From: Eledone cirrhosa
Lineage: Eukaryota
Assembly (NCBI GenBank): GCA_964016885.1
Contig: OZ024741.1
Coordinates: 100,440,001-100,504,000, forward strand
Reading direction: 5' to 3'
Length of the DNA: 64,000 bases
How positions within the stretch are numbered: the first letter of the stretch is position 1; each line of letters starts with the position of its first letter. Made by a program: the position numbers and the translations under genes. Shown one piece after another: positions 27,701 to 39,624 of the stretch. The notes under the pieces are model-generated. The model made no database searches. It was not told the DNA's origin and worked only from the letters and a program-made list of their open reading frames with translations.

Positions 27701-30600
27701 CCTAGTGTGTTATGTTGTAGTGTTTTACATAGGTGGTGCTTTATGTCCTAGTGTGTTATGTTGTAGTATGTTACATAGGTGGTGCTTTATGTCCTAGTGT
27801 GTTATGTGGTAGTGTTTTACATAGGTGGTGCTTTATGTCCTAGTGTGTTATGTTGTAGTGTTTTACATAGGTGGTGCTTTATGTCCTAGTGTGTTATGTT
27901 GTAGTATTTTACATAGGTGGTGCTTTATGTCCTAGTGTGTTATGTTGTAGTATTTTACATAGGGGTGCTTTATGTCCTAGTGTGTTATGTTGTAGTGTTT
28001 TACATAGGTAGTGCTTTATGTTGTAGTGTTTTACATAGGTAGTGCTTTATGTCCTAGTGTGTTATGTTGTAGTGTTTTACATAGGTGGTGCTTTATGTCC
28101 TAGTGTGTTATGTTGTAGTGTTTTACATAGGTGCTGCTTTATGTCCTAGTGTGTTATGTTGTAGTGTTTTAAATAGGTGGTGTTTTATGTCCTAGTGTGT
28201 TACGTTGTAGTGTTTTACATAGGTGGTGCTTTATGTCCTAGTGTGTTATGTTGTAGTGTTTTACATAGGTGGTGCTTTATGTCCTAATGTGTTATGTTGT
28301 AGTGTTTTACATAGGTGGTGCTTTATGTCCTAGTGTGTTATGTTGTAGTAGTTTACGTAGGTTGTGCTTTATGTCCTAGTGTGTTATGTTGTAATAATTT
28401 ACATAGGGGGTGCTTTATGTCCTAGTGTGTTATTTTGTAGTGTTTTTCATAGGTAGTGCTTTATGTCCTAGTGTGTTATGTTGTAGTGTTTTACATAGGT
28501 GGTGCTTTATGTCCTAGTGTGTTATGTTGTAGTGTTTTTCATAGGTGGTGCTTTATGTCCTAATGTGTTATGTTGTAGTGTTTTACATAGGTGGTGCTTT
28601 ATGACCTAGTGTGTTATGTTGTAGTATTTTACATAGGTGGTGTTTTATGTCCTAGTGTGTTATGTTGTAGTGTTTTACATAGGTGGTGCTTTATGTCCTA
28701 GTGTGTTATGTTGTAGTGTTTTACATAGGTGGTGCTTTATGTCCTAATGTGTTATGTTGTAGTGTTTTACATAGATGGTGCTTTATCTCCTAGTGTGTTA
28801 TGTTGTAGTATTTTACATAGGTTGTGCTTTATGTCCTAGTGTGTTATGTTGTAGTATTTTACATAGGGGGTGCTTTATATCCTAGTGTGTTATTTTGTAG
28901 TGTTTTACATAGGTAGTGCTTTATGTCCTAGTGTGTTATGTTGTAGTGTTTTACATAGGTGGTGCTTTATGTCCTAGTGTGTTATGTTGTAGTGTTTTAC
29001 ATAGGTGGTGCTTTATGTCCTAGTGTGTTATGTTGTAGTGTTTTACATAGGTGGTTCTTTATGTCCTAGTGTGTTATGTTGTAGTATTTTACATAGGTGG
29101 TGCTTTATGTCTTAGTGTGTTATGTTGTAGTGTTTTATATAGGTGGTGCTTTATGTCCTAGTGTGTTATGTTGTAGTGTTTTACATAGGTAGTGCTTTAT
29201 GTCCTAGTGTGTTATGTTGTAGTATCTTACATAGGTGGTGCTTAATGTCCTAGTGTGTTATATTGTAGTATTTTACATAGGTTGTGCTTTATCTCCTAGT
29301 GTGTTATGTTGTAGTGTTTTACATAGGTGGTGCTTTATGTCCTAGTGTGTTATGTTGTAGTGTTTTACATAGGTGGTGCTGTATGCCCTAGTGTGTTATG
29401 TTCTAGTATTTTACATAGGTGGTGCTTTATGTCCTAGTGTGTTATGTTGTAGTATTTTACATAGGTGGTGCTTTATGTCCTAATGTGTTATGTTGTAGTG
29501 TTTAACATAGGTGGTGCTTTATGTCCTAGTGTGTTATGTTGTAGTGTTTTACATAGGTGGTGCTTTATGTCCTAGTGTGTTATGTTGTAGTGTTTTTCAT
29601 AGGTGGTGCTTTATGTCCTAATGTGTTATGTTGTAGTGTTTTACATAGGTGGTGCTTTATGTCCTAGTGTGTTATGTTGTAGTATTTTACATAGGTTGTG
29701 CTTTATGTCCTAGTGTGTTATGTTGTAGTATTTTACATAGGGGTGCTTTATGTCCTAGTGTGTTATGTTGTAGTGTTTTACATAGGTAGTGCTTTATGTC
29801 CTAATGTGTTATGTTGTAGTGTTTAACATAGGTGGTGCTTTATGTCCTAGTGTGTTATGTTGTAGTGTTTTACATAGGTGGTGCTTTATGTCCTAGTGTG
29901 TTATGTTGTAGTGTTTTTCATAGGTGGTGCTTTATGTCCTAATGTGTTATGTTGTAGTGTTTTACATAGGTGGTGCTTTGTGTCCTAGTGTGTTATGTTG
30001 TAGTGTTTACATAGGTGGTGCTTTATGTCCTAGTGTGTTATGTTGTAGTATTTTACATAGGTGGTGCTTTATGTCCTAGTGTGTTATATTGTAGTGTTTA
30101 CATAGGTGGTGCTTTATGACCTAGTGTGTTATGTTGAAGTATTTTACATAGGTGGTGCTTTATGTCCTAGTGTGTTATGTTGTAGTATTTTACATAGGTG
30201 GTGCTTTATGTCCTAGTGTGTTATGTTGTAGTATTTTACATAGGTTGTGCTTTATATCCTAGTGTGTTATGTTGTAGTATTTTACATAGGGGTGCTTTAT
30301 GTCCTAGTGTGTTATGTTGTAGTCTTTTACATAGGTGGTGCTTTATGTCCTAGTGTGTTATATTGTAGTGTTTACATAGGTGGTGCTTTATGACCTAGTG
30401 TGTTATGTTGAAGTATTTTACATAGGTGGTGCTTTATGTCCTAGTGTGTTATGTTGTAGTATTTTACATAGGTGGTGCTTTATGTCCTAGTGTGTTATGT
30501 TGTAGTATTTTACATAGGTTGTGCTTTATGTCCTAGTGTGTTATGTTGTAGTATTTTACATAGGGGTGCTTTATGTCCTAGTGTGTTATGTTGTAGTGTT
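23870..30600. repeat. Block duplication, offset about 3,750-3,796 bp (about 82-83 monomers), containing an internal 274-bp (6-monomer) duplication
   Basis: The 31-bp monomer is at 24267/28017 (offset 3750). GTTGAAGT (26341/30137) and GTAGTCTTTT (26528/30324) are at offset 3796. GTTGAAGT also repeats at +274 (26615, 30411). Confidence 0.8.
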
Positions 30601-33600
30601 TTACATAGGTAGTGCTTTATGTCCTAGTGTGTTATGTTGTAGTGTTTTACATAGGTGGTGCTTTATGTCCTAGTGTGTTATGTTGTAGTGTTTTACATAG
30701 GTGGTGCTTTATGTCCTAGTGTGTTATGTTGTAGTGTTTTACATAGGTGGTACTTTATGTCCTAATGTGTTATGTTGTAGTGTTTTACATAGGTGGTGCT
30801 TTATGTCCTAGTGTGTTATGTTGTAGTAGTTTACATAGGTTGTGCTTTATGTCCTAGTGTGTTATGTTGTAATATTTTACATAGGGGGTGCTTTATGTCC
30901 TAGTGTGTTATTTTGTAGTGTTTTACATAGGTAGTGCTTTATGTCCTAGTGTGTTATGTTGTAGTGTTTTACATAGGTGGTGCTTTATGTCCTAGTGTGT
31001 TATGTTGTAGTGTTTTTCATAGGTGGTGCTTTATGTCCTAATGTGTTATGTTGTAGTGTTTTACATAGGTGGTGCTTTATGACCTAGTGTGTTATGTTGG
31101 ACTATTTTACATAGGTGGTGTTTTATGTCCTAGTGTGTTATGTTGTAGTGTTTTACATAGGTGGTGCTTTATGTCCTAGTGTGTTATGTTGTAGTGTTTT
31201 ACATAGGTGGTGCTTTATGTCCTAATGTGTTATGTTTTAGTGTTTTACATAGATGGTGCTTTATCTCCTAGTGTGTTATGTTCTAGTATTTTACATAGGT
31301 GGTGCTTTATGTCCTAGTGTGTTATGTTGTAGTGTTTTTCATAGGTGGTGCTTTATGTCCTAATGTGTTATGTTGTAGTGTTTTACATAGGTGGTGCTTT
31401 GTGTCCTAGTGTGTTATGTTGTAGTGTTTACATAGGTGGTGCTTTATGTCCTAGTGTGTTATGTTGTAGTATTTTACATAGGTGGTGCTTTATGTCCTAG
31501 TGTGTTATATTGTAGTGTTTACATAGGTGGTGCTTTATGACCTAGTGTGTTATGTTGAAGTATTTTACATAGGTGGTGCTTTATGTCCTAGTGTGTTATG
31601 TTGTAGTATTTTACATAGGTGGTGCTTTATGTCCTAGTGTGTTATGTTGTAGTGTTTTACATAGGTAGTGCTTTATGTCCTAGTGTGTTATGTTGTAGTG
31701 TTTTACATAGGTGGTGCTTTATGTCCTAGTGTGTTATGTTGTAGTGTTTTACATAGGTGGTGCTTTATGCCCTAGTGTGTTATGTTGTAGTGTTTTACAT
31801 AGGTGGTTCTTTATGTCCTAGTGTGTTATGTTGTAGTATTTTACATAGGTGGTGCTTTATGTCTTAGTGTGTTATGTTGTAGTGTTTTATATAGGTGGTG
31901 CTTTATGTCCTAGTGTGTTATGTTGTAGTGTTTTACATAGGTAGTGCTTTATGTCCTAGTGTGTTATGTTGTAGTATCTTACATAGGTGGTGCTTAATGT
32001 CCTAGTGTGTTATATTGTAGTATTTTATATAGGTTGTGCTTTATCTCCTAGTGTGTTATGTTGTAGTGTTTTACATAGGTGGTGCTTTATGTCCTAGTGT
32101 GTTATGTTGTAGTGTTTTACATAGGTGGTGCTTTATGTCCTAGTGTGTTATGTTCTAGTATTTTACATAGGTGGTGCTGTATGCCCTAGTGTGTTATGTT
32201 CTAGTATTTTACATAGGTGGTGCTTTATGTCCTAGTGTGTTATGTTGTAATATTTTACATAGGTGGTGCTTTATGTCCTAATGTGTTATGTTGTAGTGTT
32301 TAACATAGGTGGTGCTTTATGTCCTAGTGTGTTATGTTGTAGTGTTTTACATAGGTGGTGCTTTATGTCCTAATGTGTTATGTTGTAGTGTTTTACATAG
32401 GTGGTGCTTTGTGTCCTAGTGTGTTATGTTGTAGTGTTTACATAGGTGGTGCTTTATGTCCTAGTGTGTTATGTTGTAGTATTTTACATAGGTGGTGCTT
32501 TATGTCCTAGTGTGTTATATTGTAGTGTTTACATAGGTGGTGCTTTATGACCTAGTGTGTTATGTTGTAGTATTTTACATAGGTGGTGCTTTATGTCCTA
32601 GTGTGTTATGTTGTAGTATTTTACATAGGGGTGCTTTATGTCCTAGTGTGTTATGTTGTAGTGTTTTACATAGGTAGTGCTTTATGTCCTAGTGTGTTAT
32701 GTTGTAGTGTTTTACATAGGTGGTGCTTTATGTCCTAGTGTGTTATGTTGTAGTGTTTTACATAGGTGCTGCTTTATGTCCTAGTGTGTTATGTTGTAGT
32801 GTTTTAGATAGGTGGTGTTTTATGTCCTAGTGTGTTACGTTGTAGTGTTTTACATAGGTGGTGCTTTATGTCCTAGTGTGTTATGTTGTAGTGTTTTACA
32901 TAGGTGGTGCTTTATGTCCTAATGTGTTATGTTGTAGTGTTTTACATAGGTGGTGCTTTATGTCCTAGTGTGTTATGTTGTAGTAGTTTACATAGGTTGT
33001 GCTTTATGTCCTAGTGTGTTATGTTGTAATAATTTACATAGGGGGTGCTTTATGTCCTAGTGTGTTATTTTGTAGTGTTTTACATAGGTAGTGCTTTATG
33101 TCCTAGTGTGTTATGTTGTAGTGTTTTACATAGGTGCTGCTTTATGTCCTAGTGTGTTATGTTGTAGTGTTTTAAATAGGTGGTGTTTTATGTGCTAGTG
33201 TGTTATGTTGTAGTGTTTTACATAGGTGGTGCTTTATGTCCTAGTGTGTTATGTTGTAGTGTTTTACATAGGTGGTGCTTTATGTCCTAGTGTGTTATGT
33301 TGTAGTGTTTTACATAGGTGGTACTTTATGTCCTAATGTGTTATGTTGTAGTGTTTTACATAGGTGGTGCTTTATGTCCTAGTGTGTTATGGTGTAGTAG
33401 TTTACATAGGTTGTGCTTTATGTCCTAGTGTGTTATGTTGTAATATTTTACATAGGGGGTGCTTTATGTCCTAGTGTGTTATTTTGTAGTGTTTTACATA
33501 GGTGGTGCTTTATGTCCTAGTGTGTTATGTTGTAGTGTTTTTCATAGGTGGTGCTTTATGTCCTAATGTGTTATGTTGTAGTGTTTTACATAGGTGGTGC

Positions 33601-36600
33601 TTTATGACCTAGTGTGTTATGTTGTACTATTTTACATAGGTGGTGTTTTATGTCCTAGTGTGTTATGTTGTAGTATTTTACATAGGTGGTGCTTTATGTC
33701 TTAGTGTGTTATGTTGTAGTGTTTTATATAGGTGGTGCTTTATGTCCTAGTGTGTTATGTTGTAGTGTTTTACATAGGTAGTGCTTTATGTCCTAGTGTG
33801 TTATGATGTAGTATCTTACATAGGTGGTGCTTAATGTCCTAGTGTGTTATATTGTAGTATTTTATATAGGTTGTGCTTTATCTCCTAGTGTGTTATGTTG
33901 TAGTGTTTTACATAGGTGGTGCTTTATATCCTAGTGTGTTATTTTGTAGTGTTTTACATAGGTAGTGCTTTATGTCCTAGTGTGTTATGTTGTAGTGTTT
34001 TACATAGGTGGTGCTTTATGTCCTAGTGTGTTATGTTGTAGTGTTTTACATAGGTGGTGCTTTATGTCCTAGTGTGTTATGTTGTAGTGTTTTACATAGG
34101 TGGTTCTTTATGTCCTAGTGTGTTATGTTGTAGTATTTTACATAGGTGGTGCTTTATGTCTTAGTGTGTTATGTTGTAGTGTTTTATATAGGTGGTGCTT
34201 TATGTCCTAGTGTGTTATGTTGTAGTGTTTTACATAGGTAGTGCTTTATGTCCTAGTGTGTTATGTTGTAGTATCTTACATAGGTGGTGCTTAATGTCCT
34301 AGTGTGTTATATTGTAGTATTTTATATAGGTTGTGCTTTATCTCCTAGTGTGTTATGTTGTAGTGTTTTACATAGGTGGTGCTTTATGTCCTAGTGTGTT
34401 ATGTTGTAGTGTTTTACATAGGTGGTGCTTTATGTCCTAGTGTGTTATGTTCTAGTATTTTACATAGGTGGTGCTGTATGCCCTAGTGTGTTATGTTCTA
34501 GTATTTTACATAGGTGGTGCTTTATGTCCTAGTGTGTTATGTTGTAATATTTTACATAGGTGGTGCTTTATGTCCTAATGTGTTATGTTGTAGTGTTTAA
34601 CATAGGTGGTGCTTTATGTCCTAGTGTGTTATGTTGTAGTGTTTTACATAGGTGGTGCTATATGTCCTAATGTGTTATGTTGTAGTGTTTTACATAGGTG
34701 GTGCTTTGTGTCCTAGTGTGTTATGTTGTAGTGTTTACATAGGTGGTGCTTTATGTCCTAGTGTGTTATGTTGTAGTATTTTACATAGGTGGTGCTTTAT
34801 GTCCTAGTGTGTTATATTGTAGTGTTTACATAGGTGGTGCTTTATGACCTAGTGTGTTATGTTGTAGTATTTTACATAGGTGGTGCTTTATGTCCTAGTG
34901 TGTTATGTTGTAGTATTTTACATAGGGGTGCTTTATGTCCTAGTGTGTTATGTTGTAGTGTTTTACATAGGTAGTGCTTTATGTCCTAGTGTGTTATGTT
35001 GTAGTGTTTTACATAGGTGGTGCTTTATGTCCTAGTGTGTTATGTTGTAGTGTTTTACATAGGTGCTGCTTTATGTCCTAGTGTGTTATGTTGTAGTGTT
35101 TTAAATAGGTGGTGTTTTATGTCCTAGTGTGTTACGTTGTAGTGTTTTACATAGGTGGTGCTTTATGTCCTAGTGTGTTATGTTGTAGTGTTTTACATAG
35201 GTGGTGCTTTATGTCCTAATGTGTTATGTTGTAGTGTTTTACATAGGTGGTGCTTTATGTCCTAGTGTGTTATGTTGTAGTAGTTTACATAGGTTGTGCT
35301 TTATGTCCTAGTGTGTTATGTTGTAATAATTTACATAGGGGGTGCTTTATGTCCTAGTGTGTTATTTTGTAGTGTTTTACATAGGTAGTGCTTTATGTCC
35401 TAGTGTGTTATGTTGTAGTGTTTTACATAGGTGCTGCTTTATGTCCTAGTGTGTTATGTTGTAGTGTTTTAAATAGGTGGTGCTTTATGTGCTAGTGTGT
35501 TATGTTGTAGTGTTTTACATAGGTGGTGCTTTATGTCCTAGTGTGTTATGTTGTAGTGTTTTACATAGGTGGTGCTTTATGTCCTAGTGTGTTATGTTGT
35601 AGTGTTTTACATAGGTGGTACTTTATGTCCTAATGTGTTATGTTGTAGTGTTTTACATAGGTGGTGCTTTATGTCCTAGTGTGTTATGGTGTAGTAGTTT
35701 ACATAGGTTGTGCTTTATGTCCTAGTGTGTTATGTTGTAATATTTTACATAGGGGGTGCTTTATGTCCTAGTGTGTTATTTTGTAGTGTTTTACATAGGT
35801 AGTGCTTTATGTCCTAGTGTGTTATGTTGTAGTGTTTTACATAGGTGGTGCTTTATGTCCTAGTGTGTTATGTTGTAGTGTTTTTCATAGGTGGTGCTTT
35901 ATGTCCTAATGTGTTATGTTGTAGTGTTTTACATAGGTGGTGCTTTATGACCTAGTGTGTTATGTTGTACTATTTTACATAGGTGGTGTTTTATGTCCTA
36001 GTGTGTTATGTTGTAGTATTTTACATAGGTGGTGCTTTATGTCTTAGTGTGTTATGTTGTAGTGTTTTATATAGGTGGTGCTTTATGTCCTAGTGTGTTA
36101 TGTTGTAGTGTTTTACATAGGTAGTGCTTTATGTCCTAGTGTGTTATGATGTAGTATCTTACATAGGTGGTGCTTAATGTCCTAGTGTGTTATATTGTAG
36201 TATTTTATATAGGTTGTGCTTTATCTCCTAGTGTGTTATGTTGTAGTGTTTTACATAGGTGGTGCTTTATGTCCTAGTGTGTTATGTTGTAGTGTTTTAC
36301 ATAGGTGGTGCTTTATGTCCTAGTGTGTTATGTTCTAGTATTTTACATAGGTGGTGCTGTATGCCCTAGTGTGTTATGTTCTAGTATTTTACATAGGTGG
36401 TGCTTTATGTCCTAGTGTGTTATGTTGTAGTATTTTACATAGGGGTGCTTTATGTCCTAGTGTGTTATGTTGTAGTGTTTTACATAGGTAGTGCTTTATG
36501 TCCTAGTGTGTTATGTTGTAGTGTTTTACATAGGTGGTGCTTTATGTCCTAGTGTGTTATGTTGTAGTGTTTTACATAGGTGCTGCTTTATGTCCTAGTG

Positions 36601-39600
36601 TGTTATGTTGTAGTGTTTTAAATAGGTGGTGTTTTATGTCCTAGTGTGTTACGTTGTAGTGTTTTACATAGGTGGTGCTTTATGTCCTAGTGTGTTATGT
36701 TGTAGTGTTTTACATAGGTGGTGCTTTATGTCCTAATGTGTTATGTTGTAGTGTTTTACATAGGTGGTGCTTTATGTCCTAGTGTGTTATGTTGTAGTAG
36801 TTTACATAGGTTGTGCTTTATGTCCTAGTGTGTTATGTTGTAATAATTTACATAGGGGGTGCTTTATGTCCTAGTGTGTTATTTTGTAGTGTTTTACATA
36901 GGTAGTGCTTTATGTCCTAGTGTGTTATGTTGTAGTGTTTTACATAGGTGCTGCTTTATGTCCTAGTGTGTTATGTTGTAGTGTTTTAAATAGGTGGTGC
37001 TTTATGTGCTAGTGTGTTATGTTGTAGTGTTTTACATAGGTGGTGCTTTATGTCCTAGTGTGTTATGTTGTAGTGTTTTACATAGGTGGTGCTTTATGTC
37101 CTAGTGTGTTATGTTGTAGTGTTTTACATAGGTGGTACTTTATGTCCTAATGTGTTACGTTGTAGTGTTTTACATAGGTGGTGCTTTATGTCCTAGTGTG
37201 TTATGGTGTAGTAGTTTACATAGGTTGTGCTTTATGTCCTAGTGTGTTATGTTGTAATATTTTACATAGGGGGTGCTTTATGTCCTAGTGTGTTATTTTG
37301 TAGTGTTTTACATAGGTAGTGCTTTATGTCCTAGTGTGTTATGTTGTAGTGTTTTACATAGGTGGTGCTTTATGTCCTAGTGTGTTATGTTGTAGTGTTT
37401 TTCATAGGTGGTGCTTTATGTCCTAATGTGTTATGTTGTAGTGTTTTACATAGGTGGTGCTTTATGACCTAGTGTGTTATGTTGTACTATTTTACATAGG
37501 TGGTGTTTTATGTCCTAGTGTGTTATGTTGTAGTATTTTACATAGGTGGTGCTTTATGTCTTAGTGTGTTATGTTGTAGTGTTTTATATAGGTGGTGCTT
37601 TATGTCCTAGTGTGTTATGTTGTACTGTTTTACATAGGTAGTGCTTTATGTCCTAGTGTGTTATGATGTAGTATCTTACATAGGTGGTGCTTAATGTCCT
37701 AGTGTGTTATATTGTAGTATTTTATATAGGTTGTGCTTTATCTCCTAGTGTGTTATGTTGTAGTGTTTTACATAGGTGGTGCTTTATGTCCTAGTGTGTT
37801 ATGTTGTAGTGTTTTACATAGGTGGTGCTTTATGTCCTAGTGTGTTATGTTCTAGTATTTTACATAGGTGGTGCTGTATGCCCTAGTGTGTTATGTTCTA
37901 GTATTTTACATAGGTGGTGCTTTATGTCCTAGTGTGTTATGTTGTAGTATTTTACATAGGTGGTGCTTTATGTCCTAATGTGTTATGTTGTAGTGTTTAA
38001 CATAGGTGGTGCTTTATGTCCTAGTGTGTTATGTTGTAGTGTTTTACATAGGTGGTGCTTTATGTCCTAGTGTGTTATGTTGTAGTGTTTTTTATAGGTG
38101 GTGCTTTATGTCCTAATGTGTTATGTTGTAGTGTTTTACATAGGTGGTGCTTTGTGTCCTAGTGCGTTATGTTGTAGTGTTTACATAGGTGGTGCTTTAT
38201 GTCCTAGTGTGTTATGTTGTAGTATTTTACATAGGTGGTGCTTTATGTCCTAGTGTGTTATATTGTAGTGTTTACATAGGTGGTGCTTTATGACCTAGTG
38301 TGTTATGTTGTAGTATTTTACATAGGTGGTGCTTTATGTCCTAGTGTGTTATGTTGTAGTATTTTACATAGGGGTGCTTTATGTCCTAGTGTGTTATGTT
38401 GTAGTGTTTACATAGGTAGTGCTTTATGTCCTAGTGTGTTATGTTGTAGTGTTTTACATAGGTGGTGCTTTATGTCCTAGTGTGTTATGTTGTAGTGTTT
38501 TACATAGGTGCTGCTTTATGTCCTAGTGTGTTATGTTGTAGTGTTTTAAATAGGTGGTGCTTTATGTCCTAATGTGTTATGTTGTAGTGTTTTACATAGG
38601 TGGTGCTTTATGTCCTAGTGTGTTATGTTGTAGTAGTTTACATAGGTTGTGCTTTATGTCCTAGTGTGTTATGTTGTAATAATTTACATAGGGGGTGCTT
38701 TATGTCCTAGTGTGTTATTTTGTAGTGTTTTACATAGGTAGTGCTTTATGTCCTAGTGTGTTATGTTGTAGTGTTTTACATAGGTGGTGCTTTATGTCAT
38801 AGTGTGTTATGTTGTAGTGTTTTTCATAGGTGGTGCTTTATGTCCTAATGTGTTATGTTGTAGTGTTTTACATAGGTGGTGCTTTATGACCTAGTGTGTT
38901 ATGTTGTAGTATTTTACATAGGTGGTGTTTTATGTCCTAGTGTGTTATGTTGTAGTGTTTTACATAGGTGGTGCTTTATGTCCTAGTGTGTTATGTTGTA
39001 GTGTTTTACATAGGTGGTGCTTTATGTCCTAATGTGTTATGTTGTAGTGTTTTACATAGATGGTGCTTTATCTCCTAGTGTGTTATGTTGTAGTATTTTA
39101 CATAGGTTGTGCTTTATGTCCTAGTGTGTTATGTTGTAGTATCTTACATAGGTGGTGCTTTATGTCCTAGTGTGTTATGTTGTAGTATTTTACATAGGTG
39201 GTGCTTTATGTCCTAGTGTGTTATGTTGTAGTATTTTACATAGGTTGTGCTTTATGTCCTAGTGTGTTATGTTGTAGTATTTTACATAGGGGGTGCTTTA
39301 TATCCTAGTGTGTTATTTTGTAGTGTTTTACATAGGTAGTGCTTTATGTCCTAGTGTGTTATGTTGTAGTGTTTTACATAGGTGGTGCTTTATGTCCTAG
39401 TGTGTTATGTTGTAGTGTTTTACATAGGTGGTGCTTTATGTCCTAGTGTGTTATGTTGTAGTGTTTTACATAGGTGGTTCTTTATGTCCTAGTGTGTTAT
39501 GTTGTAGTATTTTACATAGGTGGTGCTTTATGTCTTAGTGTGTTATGTTGTAGTGTTTTATATAGGTGGTGCTTTATGTCCTAGTGTGTTATGTTGTAGT

Positions 39601-39624
39601 GTTTTACATAGGTAGTGCTTTATG

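Noticed and set aside
38280-38480. 66-aa Cys/Val-rich ORF on the + strand
   Set aside because: It is simply translated satellite. The three TAGs of the monomer share one frame, so the other two frames are open, and two 45-bp monomers (about 38370 and 38408) delay entry into the stop frame. It has a GTG start and no gene context.
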